From an uncultured Muribaculaceae bacterium (lineage in GTDB: Bacteria; Bacillota_I; Bacilli_A; RF39; UBA660), in contig CAYMEJ010000001.1 in the NCBI GenBank assembly GCA_964389735.1, positions 7,732 through 53,995 on the forward strand: a stretch of DNA of 46,264 bases, read 5' to 3'. The notes below the pieces were generated by a model, which saw nothing but the letters and a program-made list of their open reading frames with translations, had not been told where the DNA came from and searched no databases. This document shows, piece by piece, positions 45,837-46,264 of this stretch. Made by a program: the position numbers and the translations under genes. The first letter of the stretch is position 1. Every line of letters begins with the position of its first letter.

Positions 45837-46264
45837 TATTTTTTTTTGATAATGTTTTAATATTTAAACGCCCTTTTAAATTATTCATTCTCATTTTTTC
45901 ATATTCTTCGCTTGTGAATGCTTTAGTTTCATCTTTAAATATTACTACATGTTCTTGTTCAAATTCTTGTCTTTTTGCTTTAGGAACAAAAACTCTATTT
46001 GTTTCATTTTCAATATTTTGATATATTGCTATATCAATCATTTTTTCATCTGGTGGAGATATGATTGCATATTTATTTTTACTTATTTTTCTACCCTTAT
46101 ATAGTCCTAAGTAGTAATATACATCAACTTCTTTATATGTATAATCACTTTCATAACATTTTCTATATGCTTTTGCAATTATTTCATCTTCTGTTGAATT
46201 ATCTTCTTGTAATAGTGTATTATACTGTTTACTATATAATACATCATTCTTTAATGTCGCATAA
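45820..46264 (-). CDS. protein of unknown function, 5'-truncated by the window end
   Basis: The frame of tracked ORF 45820-46041 stays open upstream to nt 46263 by hand translation: YATLKNDVLYSKQYNTLLQEDNSTEDEIIAKAYRKCYESDYTYKEVDVYYYLGLYKGRKISKNKYAIISPPDEKMIDIA.... Confidence 0.45.
   Translation of the reverse strand, partial: YATLKNDVLYSKQYNTLLQEDNSTEDEIIAKAYRKCYESDYTYKEVDVYYYLGLYKGRKISKNKYAIISPPDEKMIDIAIYQNIENETNRVFVPKAKRQEFEQEHVVIFKDETKAFTSEEYEKMRMNNLKGRLNIKTLSKKNSGTNE

Noticed and set aside
1-46264. Possibility of a Mollicutes-type genetic code (TGA = Trp), given the extreme AT content.
   Set aside because: Conserved Trp positions are TGG. Long ORFs are intact under the standard code, and at least one supported ORF (13880-14032) ends with TGA at a sensible position.
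1-46264. CRISPR arrays, tRNA or rRNA genes, IS elements, integrases or prophage genes.
   Set aside because: My read of the intergenic regions found no regularly spaced direct repeats, no cloverleaf-like GC-rich islands and no transposase or recombinase motifs. All gaps are under 180 nt and are explained by promoters and terminators.

Overview
This is a very AT-rich bacterial chromosome segment that uses the standard genetic code: Trp is TGG, and TGA, TAA and TAG all close ORFs. Gene content looks like a walled low-GC Firmicute (Erysipelotrichia or Bacilli-like), but that taxon is only a guess. I support about 50 protein genes, nearly all on the minus strand and tightly packed. I recognise no rRNA, tRNA, CRISPR array, transposase or integrase.

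The housekeeping backbone includes:
- rimP-nusA-ylxR-(dCMP deaminase)-infB.
- gmk, queH, dagK and deoD.
- A YmfF/YmfH-type M16 peptidase pair and a NatAB-type ABC exporter.
- ftsK and a partial dcw cluster, murG-murB-divIB-[fic-like]-ftsA-ftsZ.

The less ordinary material is:
1. A sigma-70 family gene at 17276-18534 is split by a 1-nt frameshift in an A6 run. It carries a C-terminal extension that looks like a second region 4. An unknown 272-aa ORF precedes it, and a fused MacB-type ABC transporter and a TasA/camelysin-like secreted protein follow it. This is my best candidate for an undescribed module.
2. Two paralogous TasA/camelysin-like proteins have SipW-class signal peptides, but no SipW is in the window.
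3. A Fic/Doc-family gene with its own promoter and terminator lies between divIB and ftsA. Its motif reads QPFEDGNKRTAR, so the catalytic His is replaced by Gln and the NKR is Doc-like.
4. A tandem pair of short PepF/M3-like HExxH proteins forms the only plus-strand cassette in a roughly 30-kb minus-strand block.
5. A 645-aa cytoplasmic HExxH protein is preceded by an overlapping 50-aa ORF that is not in the ORF track.
6. A hybrid histidine kinase is paired with an Hpt-REC protein that has no output domain.
7. An acyl-CoA ligase, a permuted papain-like hydrolase and a PLC-like protein form a cluster with near-consensus promoters and a 9-1-9 palindrome over one -35 box.
8. The first 48 nt form a fold-back junction inside the IF-2 P-loop, probably a contig-end artefact.

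All functional calls come from motifs read by eye. No database search was run.
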